In this document: one piece after another, positions 10,493 through 20,224 of the stretch
Position numbering within the stretch: the first letter of the stretch is position 1
Layout of the letters: each line of letters opens with the position of its first letter
Assembly (NCBI GenBank): GCA_000043285.1
Contig: BX248583.1
Span: forward strand, 300,001 to 332,000
Length of the DNA: 32,000 nt
DNA from: Candidatus Blochmanniella floridana
GTDB taxonomy: Bacteria > Pseudomonadota > Gammaproteobacteria > Enterobacterales > Enterobacteriaceae
Direction: 5' to 3'
Position numbers and translations under genes: made by a program
The notes under the pieces: model-generated
What the model was told of the DNA's origin: nothing
Databases searched by the model: none
The model's input: only the letters and a program-made list of their open reading frames with translations

Positions 10493-11110
10493 ATGTGTAC
10501 AAGAAAATATTTTTTATCTAAAAAGGCAACTATAGTTGCAGGAGTGGATGAAGTGGGATGTGGATCTTTGGTAGGTGCAGTGGTAGCTTCTGCTGTGTTG
10601 ATGTTATACCCTGATCAAGAGCAATTATTTTCTGGATTAATTGATTCTAAAGCTTTAAGTAACAAGAAGCGATTACGATTTTGTAATTATATTCAAAAAT
10701 ACTCATTACATTGGAGTATAGGTATGGTAAATGTTACAGAAATTGATCAGTTAAATATATTTCAAGCTCGTTTGTTATCAATAAAACGAGCTATTTGTAA
10801 TTTATCTATGATTCCAGATTTAGTATTAATAGATGGAAAGCATGCTCCGAGTTTGAATAAAAATATATTATATCAATGTTTTGTAAAAGGTGATTCAAGA
10901 ATACCAGTGATTAGTGCGGCGTCTATTATTGCAAAAGTTACACGTGATCAAGCTATGATGATGTTACATACACAGTATCCAAAATATGGTTTTCATAGAA
11001 ATAAAGGGTATGCAACTGTTTTTCATTTAAAGCAATTAGATTTATATGGTCCTACGATATATCATAGAAAAACATTTGCTCCTGTTAAATATATGTTGAG
11101 TATGTGTTAA
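10493..11110 (+). CDS. rnhB: Ribonuclease HII
   Basis: VAGVDEVGCGSLVGAVVASAV (E. coli VAGVDEVGRGPLVGAVV), LIDGKH, VKGDSRIPVISAASIIAKVTRD and HRNKGYATVFHL. Syntenic between lpxB and dnaE. Confidence 0.93.
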   Translation: MCTRKYFLSKKATIVAGVDEVGCGSLVGAVVASAVLMLYPDQEQLFSGLIDSKALSNKKRLRFCNYIQKYSLHWSIGMVNVTEIDQLNIFQARLLSIKRAICNLSMIPDLVLIDGKHAPSLNKNILYQCFVKGDSRIPVISAASIIAKVTRDQAMMMLHTQYPKYGFHRNKGYATVFHLKQLDLYGPTIYHRKTFAPVKYMLSMC

Positions 11111-11182
11111 ATAAAACAGATATATTAAATTATTGAATATATTTAAGATGATAATACATTTTGTTATAAATAATAAATTACG

Positions 11183-14100
11183 ATGAATCCGAATTTTGTA
11201 CATTTGCATGTGCGAAGTGATTATTCTATGATTGATGGATTATCTAAAACAAATGCATTGCTGGAAAAAGCAGTATCTTTAAACATGCCTGCTTTAGCTC
11301 TTACTGATTTTAGTAATTTATTTGGTTTTATTAAATTTTATGATTATTCTTGCAAATTAGGGATAAAACCAATTGCTGGAGCTGATTTTTTGATTCAAGA
11401 TATATCATGTTATTCAGATAATTGGAGTAAATTAACCTGTTTAGTTTTGAATAATCAAGGTTATCAACATTTAGTTGAATTGATATCACGAGCATATAAA
11501 TATAAATCTAATACTAATTATCCTATTATTCAACGTTCTTGGTTAATGGAATATAATGAAGGTTTGATTTTACTTTCTGGAGGTTGTGATGGGGATATTG
11601 GCAAGTATTTATTGAGAAATAAACGCAATGATATAGAAAAAACTTTATTGTTTTATCATAAATATTTCCCTAATAGATATTATATTGAATTAATTCGAAC
11701 TGGTCGTGTACATGAAGAATCTTATTTGAAATTAGCGGTAGAATTATCACGAATAAAAGGTCTTCCGGTAGTAGCTACTAATGATGTACGTTTTGTTGAA
11801 AAAAAAGATTTTCAAGCACATGAAATTAGGGTAGCTATTCATGCTGGTGTTGTTGTAAATAAAATTCAACAATCAAATAAATATAGTGCTCAGCAATTTA
11901 TGAAAAGCTCCCAAGAGATGTGTCATTTATTTAATGATATACCAGAATCTTTGGTAAACACTGTAGAGATTGCTCAAAGATGTAATTTTATGATTAATTT
12001 TAAAGGGCCTTTTTTACCTAAATTTCCTACTGGTTCACTTTCTACTGAAAACTTTCTTGTTACACAAGCTCGTTTAGGGTTAGAGAAACGTTTGAAATTT
12101 TTATTTCCAAATTCCAAAGAACGGCAGGTTAAAAGGTCGGTTTACGACATCAGATTAAATCAAGAATTGCAAGTAATTAATCAAATGGGTTTTCCTGGAT
12201 ATTTTTTGATTGTTATGGAGTTTATTCAATGGTCAAAAGATAATAATATTCCAGTAGGTCCGGGTAGAGGATCTGGAGCTAGTTCATTAGTAGCGTATGT
12301 TTTAAGGATTACTGAACTGGATCCTATTAAATTCGATTTATTGTTTGAAAGGTTTTTAAATCCCGAACGTATATCTATGCCAGATTTAGATATTGATTTT
12401 TGCATGGAACATCGTGATTTAGTCATTGATCATGTTGCACAAATGTATGGATCTCATGCTGTATCTCAAATTATTACATTTGGTACGATGGCAGCAAAAG
12501 CAGCTATTCGAGATGTAGGAAGAGCATTAGGATATCCTTATGTATTTGTTAATCGTTTAGCTAAACTTATTCCGTTAGAACCAGGTATGACATTACGTAA
12601 AGCTTGTACTACAATTAATCAATTGAAATTAATGTATAATACTGATGAAGAAGTTAAAATATTGATTGATTTGTCTTACCAATTAGAAGGTATTATTCGA
12701 AATGTTAGTAAACATGCAGGTGGTGTAGTAATCGCTCCAAATAAAATTACTGATTTTTCTCCTTTATACTATGATGATAATTATAATCATTCAATGACTC
12801 AATTTGATAAAGATGATATAGAACGTATTGGTTTAATAAAATTTGATTTTCTAGGATTACGTACTTTAACTACTGTCAATAGAGCCATAAAAATGATTAA
12901 TGATCGTAAATCAAAATCTAATTCTTTGATTTGCAATATTAATTTAATACCATTAAATGATCGAAATAGTTTTCGTTTACTGCAAACTGCAAAAACTACT
13001 GGTATATTTCAGTTAGAATCTAAGGGAATAAAAATGTTAATTAAACGTTTGAAACCAGATCATTTCGAAGATTTAATAGCATTAATCGCTTTGTTTCGGC
13101 CAGGGCCATTGCAATCTGGAATGGTAGATAATTTTATTAATCGTAAAAATGGTCGTGAGATTATTTCGTATCCTGATGTAAAATGGGAGCATGAATTATT
13201 AAAACCGGTATTGAAATCAACTTATGGAATTATTTTGTATCAAGAACAAGTTATGCAAATAGCACAAGTGTTGGCTGGATATACATTAGGAAAAGCAGAT
13301 ATATTAAGGCGAGCTATTGGTAAAAAAAAATATGAAGATATGGTAAAACAACGTGCTATTTTTAATGCTGGGGCACAGCGTAATGGTATTAATCAAACAT
13401 TATCTAAAAAGATTTTTGATCTTATGGAAAAATTTGCTGGTTATGGTTTTAATAAATCTCATTCTGCTGCATATGCATTAATATCATATCAGACGTTATG
13501 GTTAAAAGCACATTATCCTGCTGAATTCATGGCATCAATATTAAGTTCAGATATGGATAACGTAAATAGGATTATTATTTTAATTCACGAATGTCGTAGA
13601 ATGGGATTAAAAGTGTTATCTCCCAATATTAATAGTAGTAGGTATTTTTTTTATGTTAATAACAATCAAGAAATTGTTTATGGAATTGGAGCTATTAAGG
13701 GTATAGGAAAATTATCTATAGATTCTATTGTTGCATCTAGAGATTGTGATGGAGAATTTCACAGTTTATTTGATTTTTGTGTTCGAGTAGATAATTCTAA
13801 AGTTAATCAACGTATTATTGAAAAATTAATTTATTCTGGAGCATTTGATTTCTTTGGTATACATAGATCTGAATTAATAAGCTCATTAAATGTAACAATA
13901 TGCCAGGCTATTCAATATGCTAAGAGAAAACAATGCCAACAAATAGGTATTTTTGAAGACGATATTCAAGAGCATACTATTGTAGACACAATACCGAAAT
14001 GTAATAGTGTTATAAAATTACATCAAAATAGTCTTATTATATTGACAAAAGAAAAGGAAGCCCTAGGGTTATATTTAACTGATCATCCTGTTAATCAGTA

Positions 14101-14683
14101 TATGAATGAGGTGAAACAATATATACCTGAAATCAGTAAAATACAGAATGTATTAAGAAAAATAGTAATAAATAATACAGTTTGTACTTTTGGGTTGCTT
14201 TCATCAATACATATAAAATCAACTAAAAAGGGAAATTATATGTTATTTGGTATATTAGAAGATCAATATAGTCAATTAGAAATTATAGTATTTTCAGATT
14301 TACTTAAAAAAAGCCAGTATTGTTTAAAAGAAAATAATCTAATATTTATTAAAGGTATAATGAATTATAATACTATGTTGAATAGTTATAAAATAATTGT
14401 TCATGAGTTACAAGATATTAATGATTTACGTAAACGTTATGTACATCATTTATCAATTATATTACCCAGTGAATATTGCAATAAAAAATTATTAAATAAT
14501 ATTTATTATATTTTAAAACCAAATCGATTTGGAACATTGCCAGTGTATTTTATGTATCAAAAAGATGGGATACAAATAAAATTTAATTGTGATAAAAATT
14601 GGAATATTACTTTAACAGATCAATTATTAATAACTTTACGAAATTTGATTGGATATAATCAAGTTAAATTAGAATTAAATTAA
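11183..14683 (+). CDS. dnaE: DNA polymerase III alpha subunit
   Basis: 1166 aa. PHP domain [92 protein letters not shown] and [34 protein letters not shown]. Full-length collinearity with E. coli DnaE. Confidence 0.98.
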   Translation: MNPNFVHLHVRSDYSMIDGLSKTNALLEKAVSLNMPALALTDFSNLFGFIKFYDYSCKLGIKPIAGADFLIQDISCYSDNWSKLTCLVLNNQGYQHLVELISRAYKYKSNTNYPIIQRSWLMEYNEGLILLSGGCDGDIGKYLLRNKRNDIEKTLLFYHKYFPNRYYIELIRTGRVHEESYLKLAVELSRIKGLPVVATNDVRFVEKKDFQAHEIRVAIHAGVVVNKIQQSNKYSAQQFMKSSQEMCHLFNDIPESLVNTVEIAQRCNFMINFKGPFLPKFPTGSLSTENFLVTQARLGLEKRLKFLFPNSKERQVKRSVYDIRLNQELQVINQMGFPGYFLIVMEFIQWSKDNNIPVGPGRGSGASSLVAYVLRITELDPIKFDLLFERFLNPERISMPDLDIDFCMEHRDLVIDHVAQMYGSHAVSQIITFGTMAAKAAIRDVGRALGYPYVFVNRLAKLIPLEPGMTLRKACTTINQLKLMYNTDEEVKILIDLSYQLEGIIRNVSKHAGGVVIAPNKITDFSPLYYDDNYNHSMTQFDKDDIERIGLIKFDFLGLRTLTTVNRAIKMINDRKSKSNSLICNINLIPLNDRNSFRLLQTAKTTGIFQLESKGIKMLIKRLKPDHFEDLIALIALFRPGPLQSGMVDNFINRKNGREIISYPDVKWEHELLKPVLKSTYGIILYQEQVMQIAQVLAGYTLGKADILRRAIGKKKYEDMVKQRAIFNAGAQRNGINQTLSKKIFDLMEKFAGYGFNKSHSAAYALISYQTLWLKAHYPAEFMASILSSDMDNVNRIIILIHECRRMGLKVLSPNINSSRYFFYVNNNQEIVYGIGAIKGIGKLSIDSIVASRDCDGEFHSLFDFCVRVDNSKVNQRIIEKLIYSGAFDFFGIHRSELISSLNVTICQAIQYAKRKQCQQIGIFEDDIQEHTIVDTIPKCNSVIKLHQNSLIILTKEKEALGLYLTDHPVNQYMNEVKQYIPEISKIQNVLRKIVINNTVCTFGLLSSIHIKSTKKGNYMLFGILEDQYSQLEIIVFSDLLKKSQYCLKENNLIFIKGIMNYNTMLNSYKIIVHELQDINDLRKRYVHHLSIILPSEYCNKKLLNNIYYILKPNRFGTLPVYFMYQKDGIQIKFNCDKNWNITLTDQLLITLRNLIGYNQVKLELN

Positions 14684-14705
14684 AAGTATTAATATTAGGA
14701 ATTTT

Positions 14706-15665
14706 ATGGATTTAAATTGTCTTGATTTTGAACAACCTATTTTAAAGATAGAATCGAAAATTCATTCTTTAATGAAATTGATACATCATGATAAAAAGTT
14801 AGCAATTAATATTTATGAAAAAATAAATCATCTTAAACAGAAAAGCGTTGAACTTACTCAAAAAATTTTTTCTAATTTAAGTGCTTGGCAAATTGCTCAA
14901 TTGGCACGCCATCCATATCGACCTTATACTTTAGATTATATTGCATATATTTTTGATGATTTTGATGAATTATCAGGAGATCGAGTTTATGGTGATGATA
15001 AAGCTATTGTAGGGGGAATTGGGAGATTAAATTCTCGTCCAGTTATGGTTATTGGACATCAAAAAGGTCGTGATATTCAAGAGAAGATAAGACGTAATTT
15101 TGGTATGTCTGCTCCAGAAGGATATCGAAAGGCATTACGTTTAATGAAGTTGGCAGAACGATTTAATTTGCCTATATTTACTTTTATAGATACACCGGGT
15201 GCTTATCCTGGTATAGGTGCAGAAAAACGCGGACAATCTATTGCAATTGCAAAAAATTTACGTGCTATGACTACATTAAATATACCAATTATTTGCACTG
15301 TGATTGGAGAAGGAGGTTCAGGTGGAGCTTTAGCAATTAGTGTAGGAGATAAAATTAATATGTTACAATATAGTATATATTCTGTAATTTCTCCAGAAGG
15401 GTGCGCATCTATTTTGTGGAAAAATGTACAGAAAGCTCCTCTTGCTGCTGAAGTTATGGGTATTACCGCTCATAGATTAAAACAATTGAAATTGATTGAT
15501 ACTGTTATTCCTGAGCCATTAGGAGGAGCTCATAGGGATATTGTTTCTACATCTATTTCTATAAAAACACAATTATTATTAGATTTAGTTGAATTAGATG
15601 CCTTACAGGAAGAAAAATTATTAACTCGACGATATCAAAAATTCATGAATTATGGATATTGTTAA
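14706..15665 (+). CDS. accA: Acetyl-CoA carboxylase carboxyltransferase alpha subunit
   Basis: [61 protein letters not shown] and [11 protein letters not shown] match E. coli AccA. SD-like TAGGA lies 5 nt upstream. Confidence 0.97.
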   Translation: MDLNCLDFEQPILKIESKIHSLMKLIHHDKKLAINIYEKINHLKQKSVELTQKIFSNLSAWQIAQLARHPYRPYTLDYIAYIFDDFDELSGDRVYGDDKAIVGGIGRLNSRPVMVIGHQKGRDIQEKIRRNFGMSAPEGYRKALRLMKLAERFNLPIFTFIDTPGAYPGIGAEKRGQSIAIAKNLRAMTTLNIPIICTVIGEGGSGGALAISVGDKINMLQYSIYSVISPEGCASILWKNVQKAPLAAEVMGITAHRLKQLKLIDTVIPEPLGGAHRDIVSTSISIKTQLLLDLVELDALQEEKLLTRRYQKFMNYGYC

Positions 15666-15870
15666 ATTAAGGTTTTGATCTTGTTCGTGATAATGACAGT
15701 AATTTTAACTTTAAATAGATGACAAACGAATATAATAAATTTTGTACTATTATTTTGATGGTAATAAAATTATTTATAAAATTTTCATATTAATGGAAAA
15801 GATTAATTAATTAATAATGTATAGAAGTAAAAATTATAATAACATTTATATATAAATATAAAATGATTTT

Positions 15871-17466
15871 ATGAATTCCACTAATTTTTTTTCACATGAT
15901 TTATATTTATACCATCAAGTGATACGTTGTATTGTTAAGTATCGTAATTTGTTATTAGCCTATAGTGGTGGTATGGATTCTACTGTATTATTAGATATTT
16001 TAACGAAATTAAAAAAATATTTTGATTTTCAAGTAAAAGGTACATCAAAAATATTACCATTTTTTTTACGAGCTGTGTATGTCCATCATGGTTTAAATAA
16101 TAAAGCTGATTATTGGGCTGATCATTGTTTGCAACAATGTAAAATGCGTAATGTACCTTTTCATATAATTTATATTAATCATAGTGATTTGAGTAAAATC
16201 AAATGCAATATCGAAGCGATGGCTCGAGATTTTAGATATAAAGCTTTATTTAATGCTTTAAAACCTGAAGAGGTATTATTAACTGCTCATCATATGAATG
16301 ATCAAGTAGAAACCGTGTTATTAGCATTAAAAAGAGGAAGTGGGCCTGCTGGTTTATCCGGTATGACTCAAGATATTTTATATCAACATAATGAATATCA
16401 ACATCGATTATTAAGACCTTTGTTAAAATGTTCTCATATACAGTTACAAGAATACGCTTATAGAAAAAAACTTACTTGGGTGGAAGATGACACAAATACG
16501 GATGTTCGTTTTGATCGAAATTTTTTAAGGGTTCAAGTAATACCACTATTTCAAAAACGATGGCCTGCTTTTAATAAAGTTGTAAGTCGTACTGCACAAT
16601 TATGTAGAGAACAAGAAAATTTATTACATGAATTATTGTCAGAATCTTTGGATCAATTAATTGATATAGATAATGCTTTATTTTTTTATCCTTTGATTAA
16701 ATATAGTGACGTAAGAAGACGAGTTGTATTACGTTATTGGTTGAGTAGATTTTTTATTAATATGCCATCTTATAAATTGTTAGATTGTATTTGGAAAGAA
16801 GTTGCATTAAGTAAAGTAGACTCGCAATCTATTTTACATGTAGGAAAAAAATATATATGTCGTCGTTTTCGTAAGAAATTGTATATTTTACCTGATAATA
16901 TGAAATCATCTTTAGATATATTTTTATTACCGTGGAAAAATTTTAATAATACAATTTTGTTGCCAAACGAATTAGGATTATTAACATCTCAGTCTTTAAC
17001 TGTAAATTTATTTCTTTTTTATAAAAATTTGATACCATATACTCATTTAAACATGTTATCTGATATTTTTTTACCACGTTATCATAATAACGTAGGAGAT
17101 GAAAAAATTTTATCAGTTTGTTTTATACGACCTCCTATGAATAATGAAAAAGTATCAATTCAATTCGGTTATATACAAGGATTGTTACATCTTGCAAATA
17201 GAGATCGAGGTCGAAAATTGAAAAAAATTTGGCAAGAATATAATGTGCCTCCTTGGTTGCGTAATCATATTCCTTTATTATTTTATAATGATACATTAAT
17301 ATCAGCAATAGGAATATTTATTACCAGAAATGGTAGTTGTATAGTAAATATGAATAATTTAATTTGTAATAATAAAAAATCGATTATTCTTCAAAAGATT
17401 ACTTGGGTACAAAGTGATTTTTATTATAGAATTTTTAAAAATTTTGTTTATAACACATTAAGATAA
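15871..17466 (+). CDS. tilS: tRNA(Ile)-lysidine synthetase
   Basis: PP-loop [14 protein letters not shown], then [44 protein letters not shown] and C-terminal [35 protein letters not shown] (E. coli [35 protein letters not shown]). At 531 aa it is clearly longer than E. coli TilS (about 432 aa from memory). Confidence 0.93.
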   Translation: [531 protein letters not shown]

Positions 17467-17587
17467 GTTGTTTGTGTTTGCAATTTTCGATTAGAGATTA
17501 TTAATGAAATGATTAATAATAATGTATTTTTAAAATTTTGTTATGGAATATGAATTCTATTTTTAATGGTATGTTGGTAATAGAAAT

Positions 17588-19336
17588 TTAATTATTCATT
17601 AATTTTTCAGTCAAGAATTGTATAATTAGATTGAGTTTAATTTTTTGTATTATTCCAGTTTTGCGGTATTTATATTCTACTTCTTGATTGTTTAAGTTAC
17701 GTTCACTAATAATAAGTATATGAGGTATTCCTAGTAGATCTATATCGGTGAACATTATTCCTGGATTTTCTTTTCTATCATCTAATAATATGTCAAATCC
17801 TATAACAGGTATGGAAGAGAGTTGTGTATAAAGTTCTTCAGCGGTATTTTGAACATTAATAAATCGATACATATTTATGGGTATAATAGCTAATTTAAAT
17901 GGTGCTATTTCATTAGGCCATATAATTCCGTGTTTATCATGATGTTGTTCAATAACCATTGGTACAATACGAGTAATGCCTATTCCATAACAACCCATGG
18001 TTATGTTTAAATTATCTTTATTCTTTTTTTGTATGCAACTGTTAATACAATTAGAATACTTTTTTCCTAATTGAAATATATGTCCTATTTCTATAGTATT
18101 ACGTATAGGCAGCAGTTTACGTATTTGATTTGTATTAATTTTTTTTATGTTTGATTCATATAAGTTTGTTGTTATTTTTGATAAATTTGGCGTTTGATTG
18201 ATTTTCATACAATAATTTTTATTGATATTTATATTATGAAAAATAAAGTCATACATAGCTGTTGCTACATTATAATTGATCATTAAAGGTACAGGTGTAT
18301 TAATCAATTTTAATAAATTTAATTTTATTTCAATATTTTTTTTATTTAATATTGATATCGGGATAATAATATCCGGAATTTTTACTAGTTTTAAATCATT
18401 GAATTTTTCATAGGCTTGTGTTGCAATTCTATGCAAATTATAGATATTGTTTTTATTTTTGATATAAATAATAATATTTTTAATAGTTTCTTGTATAAAT
18501 GATTTGTAATAATTAATGAGTCTCATTATGATTAGGTTATGAAAATCTGCTGATGTCAATTTTATTGTTTGTATTGTATTTAATATATGTATATTATTTA
18601 TTACAATATCATTATTTTTTCGTGTATTAATGTTTGACATATCTTTATTAAATGTTTCGGTAAAGATTGCAGTTTCATTTTGTGTATTATTATAATAAGC
18701 TTGAAATTCATGAGATACAATACCGCCAATATTACCAGGATCAGCTTGAACGACACAAAATTTTAATCCGATACGTTTAAAAATTATATGATATTGTTGA
18801 TATATGTTATAATACGTATCTTCAAGCGATTTTTGGTGTATATGAAAAGAATATCCATCTTTCATAATAAATTCTTTGGATCTTATTACTCCGAATTGAG
18901 GTCGAGCTTCATCTCGATACTTAGTATTTATTTGGTATAATTTTATAGGGAATTGTTTATGAGATAAAATTTCGTTACAAACAAGATCTGTTATCATTTC
19001 TTCGTGTGTTGGTCCTAGCACAAATTTTTGATTGGTACGATTTTTAAATCGTAATAATTCTAATCCATATTCTGACCAACGACCACTTTGTTTCCATAAA
19101 TTAGCTGGTTGTGTTATTGGCATAAAAATTTCAAGGAAACCTATTTTATTCATTTCTTCATGTATAATATTTTCTATTTTTTTTAATACACGTAATCCAG
19201 TGGGGAGCCAAGTATATACTCCGGATGATATTTGCCGAACCATACCTGATCGTAACATTAATTGGTGGCTAATGGGTTCACAACTTTTAGGTATTTCTTT
19301 AATAGTAGCTAATAAATATTGAGTAGTTCGCATCAT
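17588..19336 (-). CDS. proS: Prolyl-tRNA synthetase (bacterial type with INS editing-domain insertion)
   Basis: MMRTTQYLLATIKEIP.. matches the E. coli MRTSQYLLSTLKETP start, so the 13 extra codons of the longest ORF (to 19375) are probably not translated. Class II motifs are present: FRDEARPQFGVIRSKEFIMKDGYSFH, EIGHIFQLGKKYS, MGCYGIGITRIV and C-terminal LLDDRKENPGIMFTDIDLLGIPH. Confidence 0.95.
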   Translation of the reverse strand: MMRTTQYLLATIKEIPKSCEPISHQLMLRSGMVRQISSGVYTWLPTGLRVLKKIENIIHEEMNKIGFLEIFMPITQPANLWKQSGRWSEYGLELLRFKNRTNQKFVLGPTHEEMITDLVCNEILSHKQFPIKLYQINTKYRDEARPQFGVIRSKEFIMKDGYSFHIHQKSLEDTYYNIYQQYHIIFKRIGLKFCVVQADPGNIGGIVSHEFQAYYNNTQNETAIFTETFNKDMSNINTRKNNDIVINNIHILNTIQTIKLTSADFHNLIIMRLINYYKSFIQETIKNIIIYIKNKNNIYNLHRIATQAYEKFNDLKLVKIPDIIIPISILNKKNIEIKLNLLKLINTPVPLMINYNVATAMYDFIFHNININKNYCMKINQTPNLSKITTNLYESNIKKINTNQIRKLLPIRNTIEIGHIFQLGKKYSNCINSCIQKKNKDNLNITMGCYGIGITRIVPMVIEQHHDKHGIIWPNEIAPFKLAIIPINMYRFINVQNTAEELYTQLSSIPVIGFDILLDDRKENPGIMFTDIDLLGIPHILIISERNLNNQEVEYKYRKTGIIQKIKLNLIIQFLTEKLMNN

Positions 19337-19528
19337 CGACCTATATAATGCTGTAATAATTATGATAATAGTCAAATAAATATTTGTTATATATAATTTT
19401 CAATTATATAATGTATATTTGTTGAATATAACATATTTTTTGTAAAAACTAATTTGTATAATATATATATGATAATTCTTTAATTTTTAGTATTTCAATT
19501 TATTATTAATAATAAGGTAATATGTTTG

Positions 19529-20103
19529 ATGATTACTAAAGCTGCCGTTTTTTTAGATAGAGATGGGACAATTAATATTGATAATCATTATGTACATAAC
19601 ATTGATAATTTTTTTTTATTGAACAAGTTATCACTGTTATGGCTCAGTTACAAAAAATGGGTTTTATTTTAATTATAGTGACTAATCAATCTGGGATTGC
19701 TCGAGGTTTTTTTACTGACCAACAATTTTTATTATTAACAAAATGGATGGTTAATTATTTAAAAAAATATGGTGTTTATATACATGCTGTATATTATTGT
19801 CCTCATCATATAGAAGGAAAAATAAAAAAATTTCAAAAGTTTTGTTTTTGTCGTAAACCTAATCCAGGCATGTTATTGCATGCTGAAAGACGTTTTTGTA
19901 TTAATATGAGACAGTCTTATATAGTTGGTAACTCAGAAACGGATATGTTGGCAGGAAAATTAGCAAACGTAGGGACAAGAGTATTTATATATAATAATTA
20001 TGATAAAATAACAAAAGATATAATGTTTTTTTCAGCAGATTATGTCATTGAAAATTTAGCACATTTACCTAGTATAATATATAATAAAAAGTATAATTTG
20101 TAA
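19529..20103 (+). pseudogene. gmhB: D-glycero-D-manno-heptose 1,7-bisphosphate phosphatase, interrupted by a frameshift in a T9 tract (possibly still expressed through slippage)
   Basis: Reading from ATG 19529 gives [29 protein letters not shown] (E. coli [25 protein letters not shown]), then leaves the GmhB frame and stops at 19670-19672. The second frame, open from 19609 (ORF 19639..20103), carries IEQVITVMAQLQKMGFILIIVTNQSGIARG, YYCPHH, CRKPNPGML and VGNSETDMLAG. The frames switch inside the T run 19609-19617. Confidence 0.85.
19609..19617 (+). repeat. T9 homopolymer at the gmhB frameshift site
   Basis: Nine consecutive T counted directly (..gataaTTTTTTTTTattgaa..). One extra T, or two fewer, would fuse the two gmhB reading frames. 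Confidence 0.95.
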
Positions 20104-20224
20104 TTTAATTTGAATAAGATTATTAAAATTATAAATAACTGAATATCAATAAAAATGATTTTAATATTGATTACCATGAGTTATATGGATTTATTACTAG
20201 TAATACAGAGTGTATTAATATATA

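Noticed and set aside
12226-12426. 66-aa minus-strand ORF inside dnaE
   Set aside because: It is antisense to one of the most conserved parts of dnaE ([21 protein letters not shown]). It is a shadow ORF.
17497-17520. Perfect 9-bp inverted repeat ATTATTAAT-gaaatg-ATTAATAAT in the convergent tilS/proS spacer, a possible bidirectional terminator
   Set aside because: The stem is made only of A-T pairs and has very low predicted stability. Such palindromes are expected by chance in DNA this AT-rich. There is not enough support to call a terminator.
19032-19322. 96-aa plus-strand ORF inside proS
   Set aside because: It is antisense to the conserved N-terminal catalytic region of proS and has no homology.
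19337-19375. N-terminal extension MTIIIIITALYRS of the longest proS ORF
   Set aside because: Homology to ProRS begins exactly at MRTTQYLL (E. coli MRTSQYLL). The extra codons are AT-rich upstream sequence that happens to be open.
19390-19410. Perfect 9-bp palindrome TATATAATT-ttc-AATTATATA in the divergent proS/gmhB spacer, a possible operator
   Set aside because: It is an all-A/T palindrome in a TATA-rich promoter region. It resembles no known binding site and is probably a compositional coincidence.
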